A stretch of DNA of 64,000 nt, from the NCBI RefSeq assembly GCF_006345805.1, contig NC_042997.1, positions 26,970,001 through 27,034,000 on the forward strand. Direction: 5' to 3'. The stretch comes from Octopus sinensis (taxonomy: Eukaryota). Under the pieces are notes generated by a model. It was not told the origin of the DNA, made no database searches, and was given only the letters and a program-made list of their open reading frames with translations. Positions 10,888 to 23,943 of this stretch are shown piece after piece. The translations under genes were made by a program, and so were the position numbers. How positions within the stretch are numbered: the stretch's first letter is position 1; each line of letters opens with the position of its first letter.

Positions 10888-11969
10888 AAACAAAATGACT
10901 GTTAACATGCTGGGATTTATCCAAGCTATGAATGACCATACGTATTTTAAAGCATAATGCAGCCAACATTGTGATTATTAAAAGCTTGTTTTTGGAGAAT
11001 CTTTAGTACTGATCCTAAAGCAGGTTCACCCATTCGTTGCTTTTCCTTTTTATTTCTAACATCTCCGTTCGATTGTATTTTCTATTTCATCTTTATCGTC
11101 ATTTGATGATGAAGTGGTATTGGGCGTGAACATCCTGAATGGCTTCGTGTTCGTTAATTCTTCATCATGACTTATAGGAGGTCTCTTTCGGTATTTGCAG
11201 AGCTGAAATCAGATATATCCTCGAAAGCAAGACTTTCTATTACATAATGCTATTGTTGTTGTGCTTATAATTGTAGCTTTAAACAGACGTAAATAACATT
11301 GATTCTAGTACGTCATTGGCTCTTAATTTTAGCGACTCCGAAAGGGTGACGGGCAAAATTGATGTTGGTGCGACGTGAATAAAATGCCGCTCAGTAGTTT
11401 GTCTGACGCGCTAAAGATTCTGCCCGCTCGTAGCTATAAAAGTCATTTTTCCTTTCTACTACAGGCACAACATTCAAATCTTGGTGGAAGAGGTTAAATT
11501 GAATTTTGCTGACATGATGGTGGGATGGTATAATGTTGATGTCACCGCCTATTCTTTCGTTTTTATTACCATTCTTGTTATTGTTATTATTTCCCTATTT
11601 GTGGTTAAGGATAGTTATGGCTTTGGTGTTCTTGCGCTCTTCTTTGGCTTAAAACCGTTAACCTAGCGACTCAAGAATGCTGTTCGACATTCTTATTTAC
11701 TTACTTTTGTCGAAAACTTTGACGCCATATGTTATGCTCTTAAAAAGTGGATTGGTCTCCCACCCACCAAAAAGGCAATAAATTGTGCGCCGATGGCTCC
11801 CAGGGAACGTAGCTCGCATCCTGGTCAGTTTTTCAACAAAAGAGAGAGAAAATGTTTACAGTAAGCTCTTCAAAGTACAATTAACAAACAATTTAAGTGC
11901 GATTGGAGAGGCATTTTACAAATAGTAATAGTAATAATAATAATAATAATGATAATAATAACAATAATG

Positions 11970-12028
<59 letters not shown>

Positions 12029-12029
12029 T

Positions 12030-12068
<39 letters not shown>

Positions 12069-12071
12069 TAA

Positions 12072-12306
12072 TAATGGGAACTGCTCATATCCTACGCAAA
12101 ATACTTTCTATGTAATCTCAAGGTTTAAAACAAACATTTAAAAAAAAATTTTTTTTTTAGACATCCACCAGTACAACACAAAAAACAACCAAATATATGG
12201 CACACTAGGCATAACAACAACGTGAACTTCCAACCTGTTGTCTCTTGAGGTCTCCGGGTGAGACTTGGAGCCAACCTGTACAAATATAAAGCAAAAGTCA
12301 AACATA
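12072..12306 (+). mobile_element. 3' end of an R4/Dong-like non-LTR retrotransposon, embedded in (TAA)n
   Basis: Encodes IMGTAHILRKILSM*, a C-terminal motif typical of restriction-like-endonuclease (RLE) retroelements, followed by a 3' UTR. (TAA)n lies on both sides. Confidence 0.65.
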
Positions 12307-12321
12307 TAATAATAATAATAA

Positions 12322-12367
<46 letters not shown>

Positions 12368-12381
12368 GTAATGATAACAAC

Positions 12382-12922
12382 AAATACCCTGATGCAGTAC
12401 CAGGCACTGGTTCTCATGAATTGTGATCTCAACTGATTGGAAGTGTTTTCATTGATATTGTTTTGTCTTTGTATGAAAGATGGGCTACAGCAAATATTCT
12501 GCTCAATACCACACATTTCTTTGTCAGTTTTTTTACCATAACCAGTTGAGCATGTCCCTTAGTGGCTCACAATATGTGCATCTCTGATTATGAGCAGAAG
12601 TAGTGGGGGAACATTATGGCCATGTGTGGAGAGGAATTCTTCGGCGTTTGGATAGTTCACCTCTGGAAACATGGGTGTTTCATTTAAAATCCTCCAACAA
12701 CCTTTATTCAGGGACCTTTTGAGCGGGATGGGCTACTTGGCTCGAAAAACATTCTAACTGGGTCCATCTGCTAGGTCACGTGCTGCTTATCTTTTTGCGC
12801 TTATATGTTTGTGATGCATGTGCCTGGTGTACCCTTATCAGACGGGTAGTCATGATGGGTATAGTGGGCTTCGTATATTTACCCCGGTGTCTCTTTGATG
12901 ATGTGCACTGCTCTCTCACTCA

Positions 12923-12923
<1 letters not shown>
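12382..12923. mobile_element. ~540-bp non-coding element flanked by (TAA)n on both sides
   Basis: Non-repetitive, GC-richer block with sharp boundaries against (TAA)n, no recognisable ORF, lying between two RLE-retroelement fragments. Confidence 0.5.
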
Positions 12924-12981
<58 letters not shown>

Positions 12982-13037
12982 AAGAAGAAGAAGAAGAAGA
13001 AGAAGAAGAAGAAGAAGAAGAAGAAGAAGAAGAAATA

Positions 13038-13625
13038 ATAAATCATATTATCTCTGGCTGCCCAGTCCTGGCTAAGAAGGAATATATTCACAGACATGAC
13101 AGAGTTGGAACCTACATACACTGGAAGCTATGCCCACATTATGGAATAACAACAGAAAAGAGATGGTATAAGGACACACCAGAAAAGGTCACAGAAAACG
13201 AGAAAGCAACCATACTCTGGGATATGCCAATACACACAGATAGAGAAATTAAGGCCAACAGACCAGATATAGTTGTCAGAGATCATGAAGAAAAAAATGC
13301 TTTCTAATTGATGTATCAATACCGGCAGATGACAACGTGTCTCTAAAAGAAATGGAGAAACTTTCAAAATACAAAGATCTGGAAATAGAGGTAACCAGAA
13401 TGTGGAATCTAAAAACAGAAACGATTACTATCATAGTAGGTGCATTAGACATGATAAAAAAATATTCAGACAAATACATAACAAAAACACCAGGACTTAC
13501 AAACACGTGTAACATACAGAAAATAACCATCAGAGCATCACAACAAATCACAGCACATACCCAAGGCACACAGAGCTGCGCTCGGTAGTGAAGTGTAAGC
13601 ACTCTATAAAAATAAAACTACTGAA
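13038..13625 (+). mobile_element. 5'-truncated R4/Dong-like retrotransposon: end of the CCHC knuckle and RLE (PD-(D/E)xK) domain, plus a second type of 3' UTR
   Basis: INHIISGCPVLAKKEYIHRHDRVG...WDMPIHTDREIKANRPDIVV / frameshift / CFLIDVSIP...EKLSKYKDLEIEVTRMW...IIVGALDMI, with (TAA)n directly 3'. Confidence 0.85.
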
Positions 13626-13627
13626 TG

Positions 13628-13670
<43 letters not shown>

Positions 13671-14550
13671 CGAGCTCCAATTGTTTGTCGAAGGCCAGCA
13701 ACTTAGAGGGCTGCGCAAGTCGATTACATCGATCCCAGCACTCGACTGAGACTTAGTTTATCTATCCCAAAAAGGGAAGATAAAGTCACCCTCAGCTTTA
13801 TTTGCTACAAGGGTGACGCAAGTTCTGTGTATTTACATTCTTTGCATAAACAAGCGCGGTAAAAGGTATTGGACTTTGGTAAGTGAAAATTGAAGTGTTA
13901 TCCTAATATTTTTATCGGTGCAGGTATTTTATGTCCAATATTTCGTTCATTTATGGTTGCATAGGCAGTTAATTATCTGAAAGTAAACAAGATCTCTTGT
14001 ATAGCAAACTGCGGGAAAACAGGAATGCAAAGATAAAACTACGTGGAGAATAAATCATAAAAATGGAAACAATAGATATGCAAATTGTAACACGGGTACA
14101 ACGATTTAGGAAAAGATAATTGCTTAGAGCAGCGGAGAGAAAGTATAGAAAGGGAATCGTTCATACAGAAATGGAAGGAGAAAAAAGGAATTCTGTAGAG
14201 ACATCATTCAGTAGAGACATAAAATATAAAATGACAGTTGAAGAAAATCTGTCCTCGCGAAGGAATGTGGTTAAATAGAATATGATTTATACGTTGTTAA
14301 ATCCCAACCTTATTGCATTGTTTCGATTTTCAAAGGCTTAGAATACCTGTAATCATGCGTATGTTATTGTTACAAAACATTCCTCGTATTTTAGTTAAAT
14401 ATCGAAGATAATCACTAATGCGGAACAAGATTCCTAAACACAATTACCTGTTGTGCAGAAATATGCTCGAAAACATAGCCATTACCATTTAAATGTATAT
14501 AAATGAATGCGGTCTGTAGTTACATTCAAAGAATATAAACAAAACATCAT

Positions 14551-14894
14551 ATTAATAGTTATCGCCATACTAATATGGCATTCTTAAAAATAAGAATAAA
14601 GCTGTCGCTGATTAGCTCCATGAACCCATCGCCTCAAGCTAGCTACTTGACACACAAACTGCGTCCGTTATTAAACCTTCGAACAGGGGAGGTCAGCCGC
14701 TTCAACCTGCTAGTCCGACAGCTACAGACATGTTTCAGGGTTGTTGCCCCTTCTCAATGCAGCGTAGTCAGACCTGCAGGTGTCGCTACTGACCGTCTCC
14801 GTTCGAAGATTCTATTTACCTAGTTACGGTGGAATACATCCACTTGTTTTCCTATTTTTAAGAATGCCATATTAGTATGGCGATAACTATTAAT
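14551..14894. mobile_element. Fold-back element with perfect 42-bp terminal inverted repeats (Penelope-like terminal-repeat derivative by inference)
   Basis: ATTAATAGTTATCGCCATACTAATATGGCATTCTTAAAAATA at 14551-14592 is the exact reverse complement of 14853-14894. The 260-bp spacer holds a hammerhead fold. Confidence 0.8.
14721..14763 (-). ncRNA. Minimal type I hammerhead ribozyme with U3-A8 core covariation
   Basis: GCTGCA-TTGAGAA-GGGG(CAACAA)CCCT-GAAA-CATG-TC-TGTAGC: 6-bp stem I, 4-bp stem II, palindromic ACATGT stem III, GUC triplet. Predicted cut between 14727 and 14726. Confidence 0.78.
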
Positions 14895-17800
14895 TTCCAG
14901 AAACGCTGTCGTAATCTCTTTTAAAGGGACTTAGTAATTTTAATATTTCTATTATTGAAAACATCATATGTTTTATATAATTCGTAGTTCGGCAGAATGC
15001 CGGACAAAATGCCACCTGTTATTTAATTAATTCTCCGAAAACATGAGGTCTTGTTCCTACAATAGAAAGAATTACATAGTAATAGTGGTGAAGCACGATA
15101 TAAATGCTGCGCTTTATTTTCATACATATCTTCCCATCCTGTGTTAAAAGTTTTGCTTCCTTCTGCAATCGAGGAAATATGTAACATTCAAGTACTCTAA
15201 TCGGCTCATCATTCATATTCTTTTCTCCAATATTTAGCGTTGTGTCTACATAAGAAATCAATTTTAATGTTATATAATAAATGTATTTTATATTGATTAT
15301 TTCATAATGTAAAGCTTCAAGGTGGCGGTCTTCTAGCATCGTTAGGACTTTGGAGAAAAATTCCTATCGGCATTCGTTCTTTGTCTTTACACTCTGAGTT
15401 CAAATTCCACTGAAGGAAATGTTAGATCTTATCTTTTCCGGAGCAATAATATAAAGAACCCTTCAAGTACAAGTGTCCATCAAATTTTCTAGTCTCTTTC
15501 TTAAATTAGAAAAATATGTGTAAAGCCTCAGCAAGAAGAATGAGCCAGCATCGTGTAATCTAAAGTGATGTGTAATGGCATGACTGATGGAAAATAATAA
15601 CTATACATGCGCGATTGCTAGGAATAAGAAGGGTTAATATTTGATTGTTAGAAACAAGAGGATTTAATGTGAATAATTCAAGGTGGCCAATAGAAGGAAT
15701 TTAGATAAATAAGATGTATTAATGGCATACACTAATAATTCTAAAGTAAATCAAACTGCCCTCCTAGTTGAAAAGAGAGAATAAAACTTGAGAGGAAACG
15801 TTAACGAATTTAAGAGGAAGGCGCTCATAATTTATAGCATCACCAATGTGTATAATTCAATTATCAAGTTAAAGCAGATATTGAAAATTTTTAATCCATG
15901 ATTGTATCGCCATGAAAATTAATTGGAAAATTATTTAAAGTTTAGATTCCTATCAATATTCACGATTTAAAATACTCTAGCCGGTCGTAATTAATCAATC
16001 ACTATTAAATACTCTTCGCCAACATAGCTTACCAAGTTAACTAAAACAAATTTTCCTCAGAAACCAATTTGGCTTCACATACATTATTACAACAACCACT
16101 TGATAAACCATTCTCCAGTTGTCCTCTAATTATAGCACACCTTTCAAGGAAAAGTGCAAAAGTACTTTTACAAATTTCAGAGAAGCATAATAAAATGAGT
16201 TTCACCATGAAATAAAATTAACATATTGCCATACTTGCTAATTAGCATATTCTGCTAATTACACACACGTACTATATATTTGGTCTTCACTTCAGGTTTA
16301 TTAATATTATTTGAATTTCTTTGTCAAAGCTCTTTCATCACACATCTAGTGACCTCTTCAGCGACTCTCTGTTCCATGTGTCTCCTCTTGTTCTGCTTAT
16401 TCCATTTTGTCTTTCTCAAAACTGCTTTCACACTGAAACTAAAATAATGATAATAAAGCTGAAGTAAAGACCAAACATGTGTGTGTATGTTTAATAGGCA
16501 AAATATGGCCACCCCAAGTATAACAATATCTGCTTCAACTACGTTTACACGTTAAGAATCTTTCAAAACAAATACATAAACGTAATCAAATTAACGTTTT
16601 CATAATTCTGTAACACGTCAATATCATCCAAAAGAAGCACGCCTCACGAAACAACATTCAAAATACAGGCCCATCTGCCAACAGCAACAACCAGACTTAC
16701 ACTGAAAGTGTAAAGCTCAAACACGAAGCACCAAAACCTCAGCACATCCTATATAAAAGAGAGCATCAAACGACTAAATATGAAAAATATAAAGAATAGA
16801 AGCGGACAAAAATGGTAAGCTTTCCAACCAAAACGTAAACGAAAAAACTAATAGAGAAATGCTACTCGGCGTAAACAAGAGCACAAACGAAAGGCCGTTC
16901 CAGCAAAACTGCCATTGTAGTTCATTTCTATTATTCAGCTAAAACACTTTTCTGAAATCTAAAAATGAAAAAGAATCAACCGAAAACTATTCATACATGA
17001 AGAAATCAGGAAAGCCCAAAATATATTTCACTAGTCGTGGTAGTATTGGTAAATTGCCAGAATGAATTGTTGTCAAAATTATTCCAACTGAAAAGCTCAA
17101 GTTTACACCCTAAAGCTCTTCCCATTTAGACATTTGGATGCGCAGGTTATTCCTGACACATGCACAACTCTTACTCCAAACAACACGGGTTCCGAACAGT
17201 AATACTTTCACAAAAATACATGTCAATCTCTCACATATAGCGTTCCTATTATTAACAACGGCAAAGAGTTTGATTTCCTCCCTAGCAAAGAATCAATCGA
17301 GGAGTTTTCAGTATCATCTTAATAATACTGAATAGTAAAACAGTGTCGCTCTGACAATCCTGAGTGGTTTTCTAGGACAGACCTTGCGGAACATGCAATT
17401 ACTACAATAGAGTACAAAAAATGATTGGGTTTTTAATCCATTCCATTCTGCTTGTGACAACAAAATACGTCTCCATCTCCATAGACCATGCGTGCAGCCA
17501 CGTATGTAGATAATAATACACATCTGCATCTACTATTCTCTAGAAAGAATTGTAATAATCCCTCTGAAATCATCAAAAAACCTGGCTTCACAACAACAGT
17601 AGCAGCCTACTAAATTGACTACTTTTCTTCTTTCCAACAACATCAGAAAATATTAGGCAATAGAAACGTAGAAACTAAATTGCTAGCAGTTACAGGCAAC
17701 CCCGCCAGAATATGCACAACTGACATATTTTACAGCCCATTAGGTGTTAATTGTAAGCTACTGTAAACAATTGCTATGTTGTTCCTCAGTGAATTTATTG

Positions 17801-19213
17801 GTTTCTTTTATATTGTAATTTGAAATATATCAGACCAAGGTGCGATTGATAACAAAATACAATAAATTCCCATGCTGAGTATAGAAAATCTTTCTGTTCA
17901 TCTTAAATATGTTCCTTCGCCCGCCATGAAATATTACTACACATCTCACAAACTTGTTTAATGTTGGCGAAAATTTAAAATAAAATCATATTGTTTCCAT
18001 AATTGTATTTTTCAAAGAATATGTATGATTTGGTGAACATTTAGCTTTTATTTCGGGTAGATTTATCAACTGCATATAGGGTTTGTCATTGACCCGCATC
18101 ATTTAGTAGTTACTCAGAATTCTCATGCCTCACGTATTTAAACTGACCGATCAATATGCAGTGTGCTTTCATAGGCTTTTATATTTAATGTAAGAATGGA
18201 AGTATATGGAGGGTTTATAATCAGGGATTGCTAGCAATTTACAGACTCTTCTCACCTTTATGCAGAAACGCTAACTTTATACAGCTCTATGTTTACTTTA
18301 CTACAGTATCCACAAAATATTCATAAAACCATAACTCTAACAAAACCTAATATCTCTTTTTTTTACTCTGGAAAAATGTGTTGTTCAGATTTCTATACTC
18401 TGGTTTTTATATGAGAAAGAGAAAAGTATATTATACTGCATCTAAGAAAAAAAATCAATATTGATCAACATTTTTTTCCGTCTTAAGTGGTTTTCTTGCG
18501 TAATGTGGATGTGATATAATAGTATGTAACTCATAAAATTTCATGATGAACGAATGACATTCAATCAGAAATTGTATGGAAACTGTAAATAGTCATCTTT
18601 CTTTTTATTCGTTATATAAGTAGATTTTACACTTTTCAATATGGTGTTTATGTAATGCATCGATCGAAAATACTCTAATGTGAGTATTTTTAGTGCGCAG
18701 AATCAAAAAAATAATGAGATTTCACGTCAATGTACAACTTTGGATATTATTTGTAAACTGTTGCTGCATGGATCCGATGTTATATCGAAAAAAATGTCCT
18801 TAAATTTTTCACTTAATTAACTCTTGTTAGCTATATAAATTTGTAATAATATACGAAGGAGAAAATGAGAAAATTGAATAAGCTAAGACTCTACACATTT
18901 TAAGGTCATTCAATGATCGTAAGTAAAATTAAATCATTAGACGGAAGGAACTCCAAATCGAAATTTCTCTCACTTTCTTTCTAACGTTGCGTAGATTAAT
19001 TTACTCGAATAAGACAGGTCATTAACACGCACTGCATGACTTTTAGAATTCGTAGATTCGCAAAAAGCTTTACAGAGTGAGTGATGTCAAGAGAATTTGT
19101 TGAATGTAAGAATTGAAATTCTGCCGCCAAACTCATTCTTCAGAAGCATATTTTTGCACAAATATCATTCATAGATAATTTTACATCATTTTACATAGAT
19201 ATTTACATAGATA

Positions 19214-19631
19214 TACTCTTTACTCCTTTTACTCTTTTACTTGTTTCAGTCATTTGACTGCGGCCATGCTGGAGCACCGCCTTTAGTCGAGCAAATCGAC
19301 CCCGGGACTTATTCGTTTTTGTAAGCCCAGTACTTATTCTATCGGTCACTTTTGCCGAACCGCTAAGTGACGGGGACGTAAACACACCAGCATTGGTTGT
19401 CAAGCAATGCTAGGGGGACAAACACACTCACACAAACACACACACGCATATATATATATACATATATACGATAGGCTTCTTTCAGTTTCCGTCTACCAAT
19501 TCCACTCACAAGGCATTGGTCGGCTCGGGGCTATAGCAGAAGACACTTGTCCAAGATGCCACGCAGTGGGACTGAACCCGGAACCATGTGGTTGGTAGGC
19601 AAGCTACTTACCACACAGCCACTCCTGCGCC
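19214..19631 (-). mobile_element. SINE family A, full length, with target-site duplication
   Basis: Intact GGCGCAGGAGTGG head. Flanks are ATATCATTCATAGATA(A)TTTTAC at 19162-19184 and 19635-19656. Confidence 0.88.
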
Positions 19632-20128
19632 TTGATATCATTCATAGATATTTTACTCAGGTTATAAGTGGAGGGAAAACACTGTGGTGTCAATACAGAT
19701 TTTAACAAGTAACGCCAGCGAGATTAACAATTTAGTAAACAAGTGTTTCCGAATTTTATCCTTCTTCACAGCATCTTCAGCAATAACATCAATTGCAGAA
19801 TATTCATCTAAATGAAAATTAATATAGAAAAAAACCGTCTTATGTAAGTACACACACACACATAAACACACAAAAAAGCAGACACACACACATATTTATG
19901 TGTGTATGTGACTGTGTGCGTGTGTTTTTGAGTTTTTATATGTGTGTATGCTCTACTAAATGGTTAATCAACGTATATAAAACAAGACAACAACAGGTGG
20001 CAGGTGGTGGGATGGTACACATTTAGTATTAAGGTATATTTGCAAGACTTTTCTTAGACAACACGTTTTACCTCTAACTGGTCGTATAAAACAAGTGAAC
20101 TCGACATACATGTGCACGTGTATGTATG

Positions 20129-20164
<36 letters not shown>

Positions 20165-20199
20165 TGTTTCTGTGTCTAACACACAAACATTTATATATA

Positions 20200-20405
20200 T
20201 GTATATGTTTGTGTGACTGTGTTCGTCTCCCCATCATCACCTGGTAACAGATGTTGGTGTGTTTACATACCCGTAACTTCGCGGTTCGGCAAAAGAGACC
20301 GATAGTATAAGTACTAGGTTTGCAAAGAATAAGTCCCGGGGTCGATTTTTTTGACTAAAGGGCGGTGCTCCAGCATGACTGCAGTCGAGTGGCTGTAACA
20401 ATTAA
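20200..20405 (+). mobile_element. SINE family A, 3' half
   Basis: GCGGTTCGGCAAAAGAGACCGATAG...GGCGGTGCTCCAGCATG motif. Confidence 0.75.
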
Positions 20406-20709
20406 AATAATATATACGTTCTGAGTTCAAGTTACGCCGAGGTCGACTTTGCCTTTCTTTCATTTCGGATCTATTCAATTTGACGTACAGATTATTTAAT
20501 TAATCTTTTTTAACTAAGCACTTTGAAACTTCTGATACTGGTACAATGTGTCACATAGAATAGGATTTACTCTTAACGGTTTTGACAAAATTTTGTATTT
20601 TAGAAGTTATTTCGTCAGAAGATACAGAATGACAATGGTCAAATTCGTGTTTGGTAAGTGCCAATACACGAAACTCCCAGCTTTTGATTTACTCTATAAC
20701 TTATGCTGA

Positions 20710-20753
<44 letters not shown>

Positions 20754-21936
20754 TACATATATGTGTAAAAAAATTCATCAAGCAATCGAACCAACGAATG
20801 AGCCTCTACCAGGTCGCTCGACACGCTAAAAATAACAGCCAAAACTATCCCTCTACCTAAATTAAACGCCCATTGTACTTAATATCCTAGATTATCCCTA
20901 GAAAGACGGTTTGCTGAAGACTGGAATGTCTTTGCTGATAGGTTTGCTGTATCAGGTTTGAACTGAGTCTAAATAACATTATGGTAAATTTCTATATTAA
21001 CACCCGCATGATTTTTCACTAAAAAAAATATTTGATTTTTTTGCGTAGCATCAAGAACCCTGACCTCCTAATATGCTGAAAATGTTGGTTCCCAATCCCG
21101 GAATCATAGGAATTTTTTATTTTTCGTTGAATGAATTCCTGTGAAGTCCTAATATTGCAAACTTAGGTTACTAAAGGTGAGCATCATAACTGATGGTTTT
21201 GGGGCCTTGTTGTTTGTAACTTTTGGTGAGCCATGCGGCAACCAACAGCATGGTACAAATCCCTATTAATAATTTGGTTTCGATGGGTAATATCAAATAA
21301 TTCAATCACAACCTATATTTAAATTAAACAAAAAAAAAATGAAATATTATCATCACTTACATGGAAAAATTGAACTATTATCTTTCAGTATCTTATAAGG
21401 TAAAACCTCAAATTAGTAATTGCCACATTTTAAATTATCTTATATCAGCAATGCCTGTCATATTCTTAAGATTATAAACCTGGAAATGTACAGAACAAGT
21501 TATTACGCCTGTAAAGGTATAGGACAATATATTATTTCTAGTAAAAAATAAGAAACTCATTACTTAAAATATGGCAGCTAAAATTAAAATTTGAATATGA
21601 AATATATTTTATTATTGCTTACAAATTACACTAAAGTTATTTAAGTAAAATTTGGCTAATTTTCCACCTTAAATACAGAAAAAAGTGACTAATTAGACAA
21701 ACTTACAAGTTAGCTGAACAGTTTTGTTTAATGAATTTAGAAGATGAGAACTGTTGAGAGTGATAAATTAGAAGAACTGGCATTCATTGCTGCAATATTT
21801 TAAGTAAAAAGTTTTTTAATTTTTATTTTACTGGAAATAATAGCTTGTCACATACATTTACAGGTGTAATAACTTGTCTAGTACTTTTCCAGGTATGTAA
21901 TTTTAAGAATATTACTTTCCATGTTATATATATATA

Positions 21937-22055
<119 letters not shown>

Positions 22056-22331
22056 ATATATATACATACAAGATTTAGAGGAATGACCACTAATAGTGGA
22101 CAGCCTGTATGCTAGAAATAGACGTCAAAACTCGCTATTTACCACGAAGGATGTGTTCTCAAGAAAAAAAATCACCAAAATAACCAAAGTTTGAAAATAA
22201 GCAAGACAAATGAAAATGAAAGAAATAAAAAACAATTACCTACGTACTAATTACTTTCACTTACTAATATTTAGGTATATGGATACGTAAACATCTGGAA
22301 GATCGTCAGCGTAATTAATTTTAATTTTAAT

Positions 22332-22394
<63 letters not shown>

Positions 22395-23569
22395 TGGTGA
22401 TATTTATAAAGAATATTCGCCACCATATATATGTATATATATATATATACAGAGAATGAGATAAATTGATAAACAGACAGATAGACAAATAGTCAAGTAG
22501 ACAGTGATATGCTAGTAAAACAATCGATGCATTACACTCATCAAAGGATTTTTATTTAATGTATTCCTGTTAACCCACCGTACTGGACTGTGACTCTATT
22601 AAAAGAAATAGAGGAACAAGTCTGCTGCAAATAATTAAAGCTCTGTACAATGTTTAAGGGATGAAATGTAGCGTCTGAGACCAATCCTGCGTTTTTGGTT
22701 TTGTTTTCCCTCTACACATGTTTGCATTCATTGATAAAGGGAGTGATGGACGTTTTATTACTTTTAGTCATTCAATCGACGTGAAACAAATGTCACGCTT
22801 GTTTGGAATCGATCATTACAAGGATGCAATAACAACAGTCGAATACAATCAATGAGAGAATTTTCATTCAACGGCAAGCTTGCCGGATAACGCATAGAAA
22901 GTTGCAAAATGGGGAAAGTGTGTTAATGAGATCATAGAAAGTTTTTGGCTAGTTGTTTTAGATTTCCTTTCTGTTATTCCATGCATTTAAGACAAATATT
23001 CACAATAAAATTTTCAGAAACTATAAGAAAAAACCAAGAAAAAAAAAATCATCGCACTTCAATCATTTTCCCTCTAGTAATTTTATGTAACCCCATAATT
23101 TTCAATCGGTAGCATCCCAAGATAAAGCTAACTTTACAACACGACACATGAATATTACATGATATGAGTATATTGCTATGAAACTCGCCTTCATTCTCCA
23201 TGCATTCACGTTTTGTGCTAAGCCTGAATAAGAGATAACATTATTTAATTTAGATGTGTGTATGTAACCTTGTACCCTGCTGAAAGCAATGCGTTGAAGT
23301 TGTGACAGTGACATTTAGCTCTTTATAGAGCACGTATATCTCTTTATTGTAGTTGTCATCCTCAGATCAGTTTCTATCGAATAGATCTATAGTCAATAGT
23401 GGGCTATTCTTAGTCATCTGGTAAAGATTAAGTCATTACTCCCATTCTACAAGAGATTTGGGTGTCTCTTTGTTTGGTTAATGGAGCAAGTCTAAAAGTG
23501 CTCCAGGAATTGTGCCGCCTAAAAGAATGTTTTTGTGGTGTGAGTTCATCTTTGTATACGTAAATCTCT

Positions 23570-23943
23570 TTTATCTCTTTTACTTCTTTCAGTCTTTTAC
23601 TGCGGCGATGCTGGAGCACCGCCTTTTAGCCGAGCAAATCGACCCCAGGACTTATTCTTTGGAAGCCTAGTAAACATACCACCATCAGTTGTCAAGCGAT
23701 GTTGGGGAGATAAACACAGACACACAAAAATATACACGCACATACATATATATATTATATATATATATATATATACATATATACGACGGGCTTCTTTCAG
23801 TTTCCATCTACCAAATCCACTCACCATGCTTTGGTCGGCTCGTGGCTATAGTAGAAGACACTTGCCGAAGGTTTCACGCAGTGGGACTGAACCCGGAATC
23901 ATGTGGTTGGTAAGCAAGCTACTTACCACAAAGCCACTCCTGC
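23570..23943 (-). mobile_element. SINE family A, near full length
   Basis: Same head, CORE-like block and tail as the 19214-19631 copy. Confidence 0.85.

Noticed and set aside
11923-13668. Repeat-spacer-repeat pattern superficially like a CRISPR array
   Set aside because: The repeats are simple (TAA)n, the spacers are 230-590-bp retroelement pieces, the context is eukaryotic and no cas genes are present.
15019-15339. 106-aa minus-strand ORF
   Set aside because: No recognisable motif or splice context, and it starts inside a degenerate SINE.
21864-21892. Possible 29-nt micro-exon (TTTACAG...CAG|GTATGT)
   Set aside because: Weak polypyrimidine tract and no coding or comparative support. Such sites are common in AT-rich introns.
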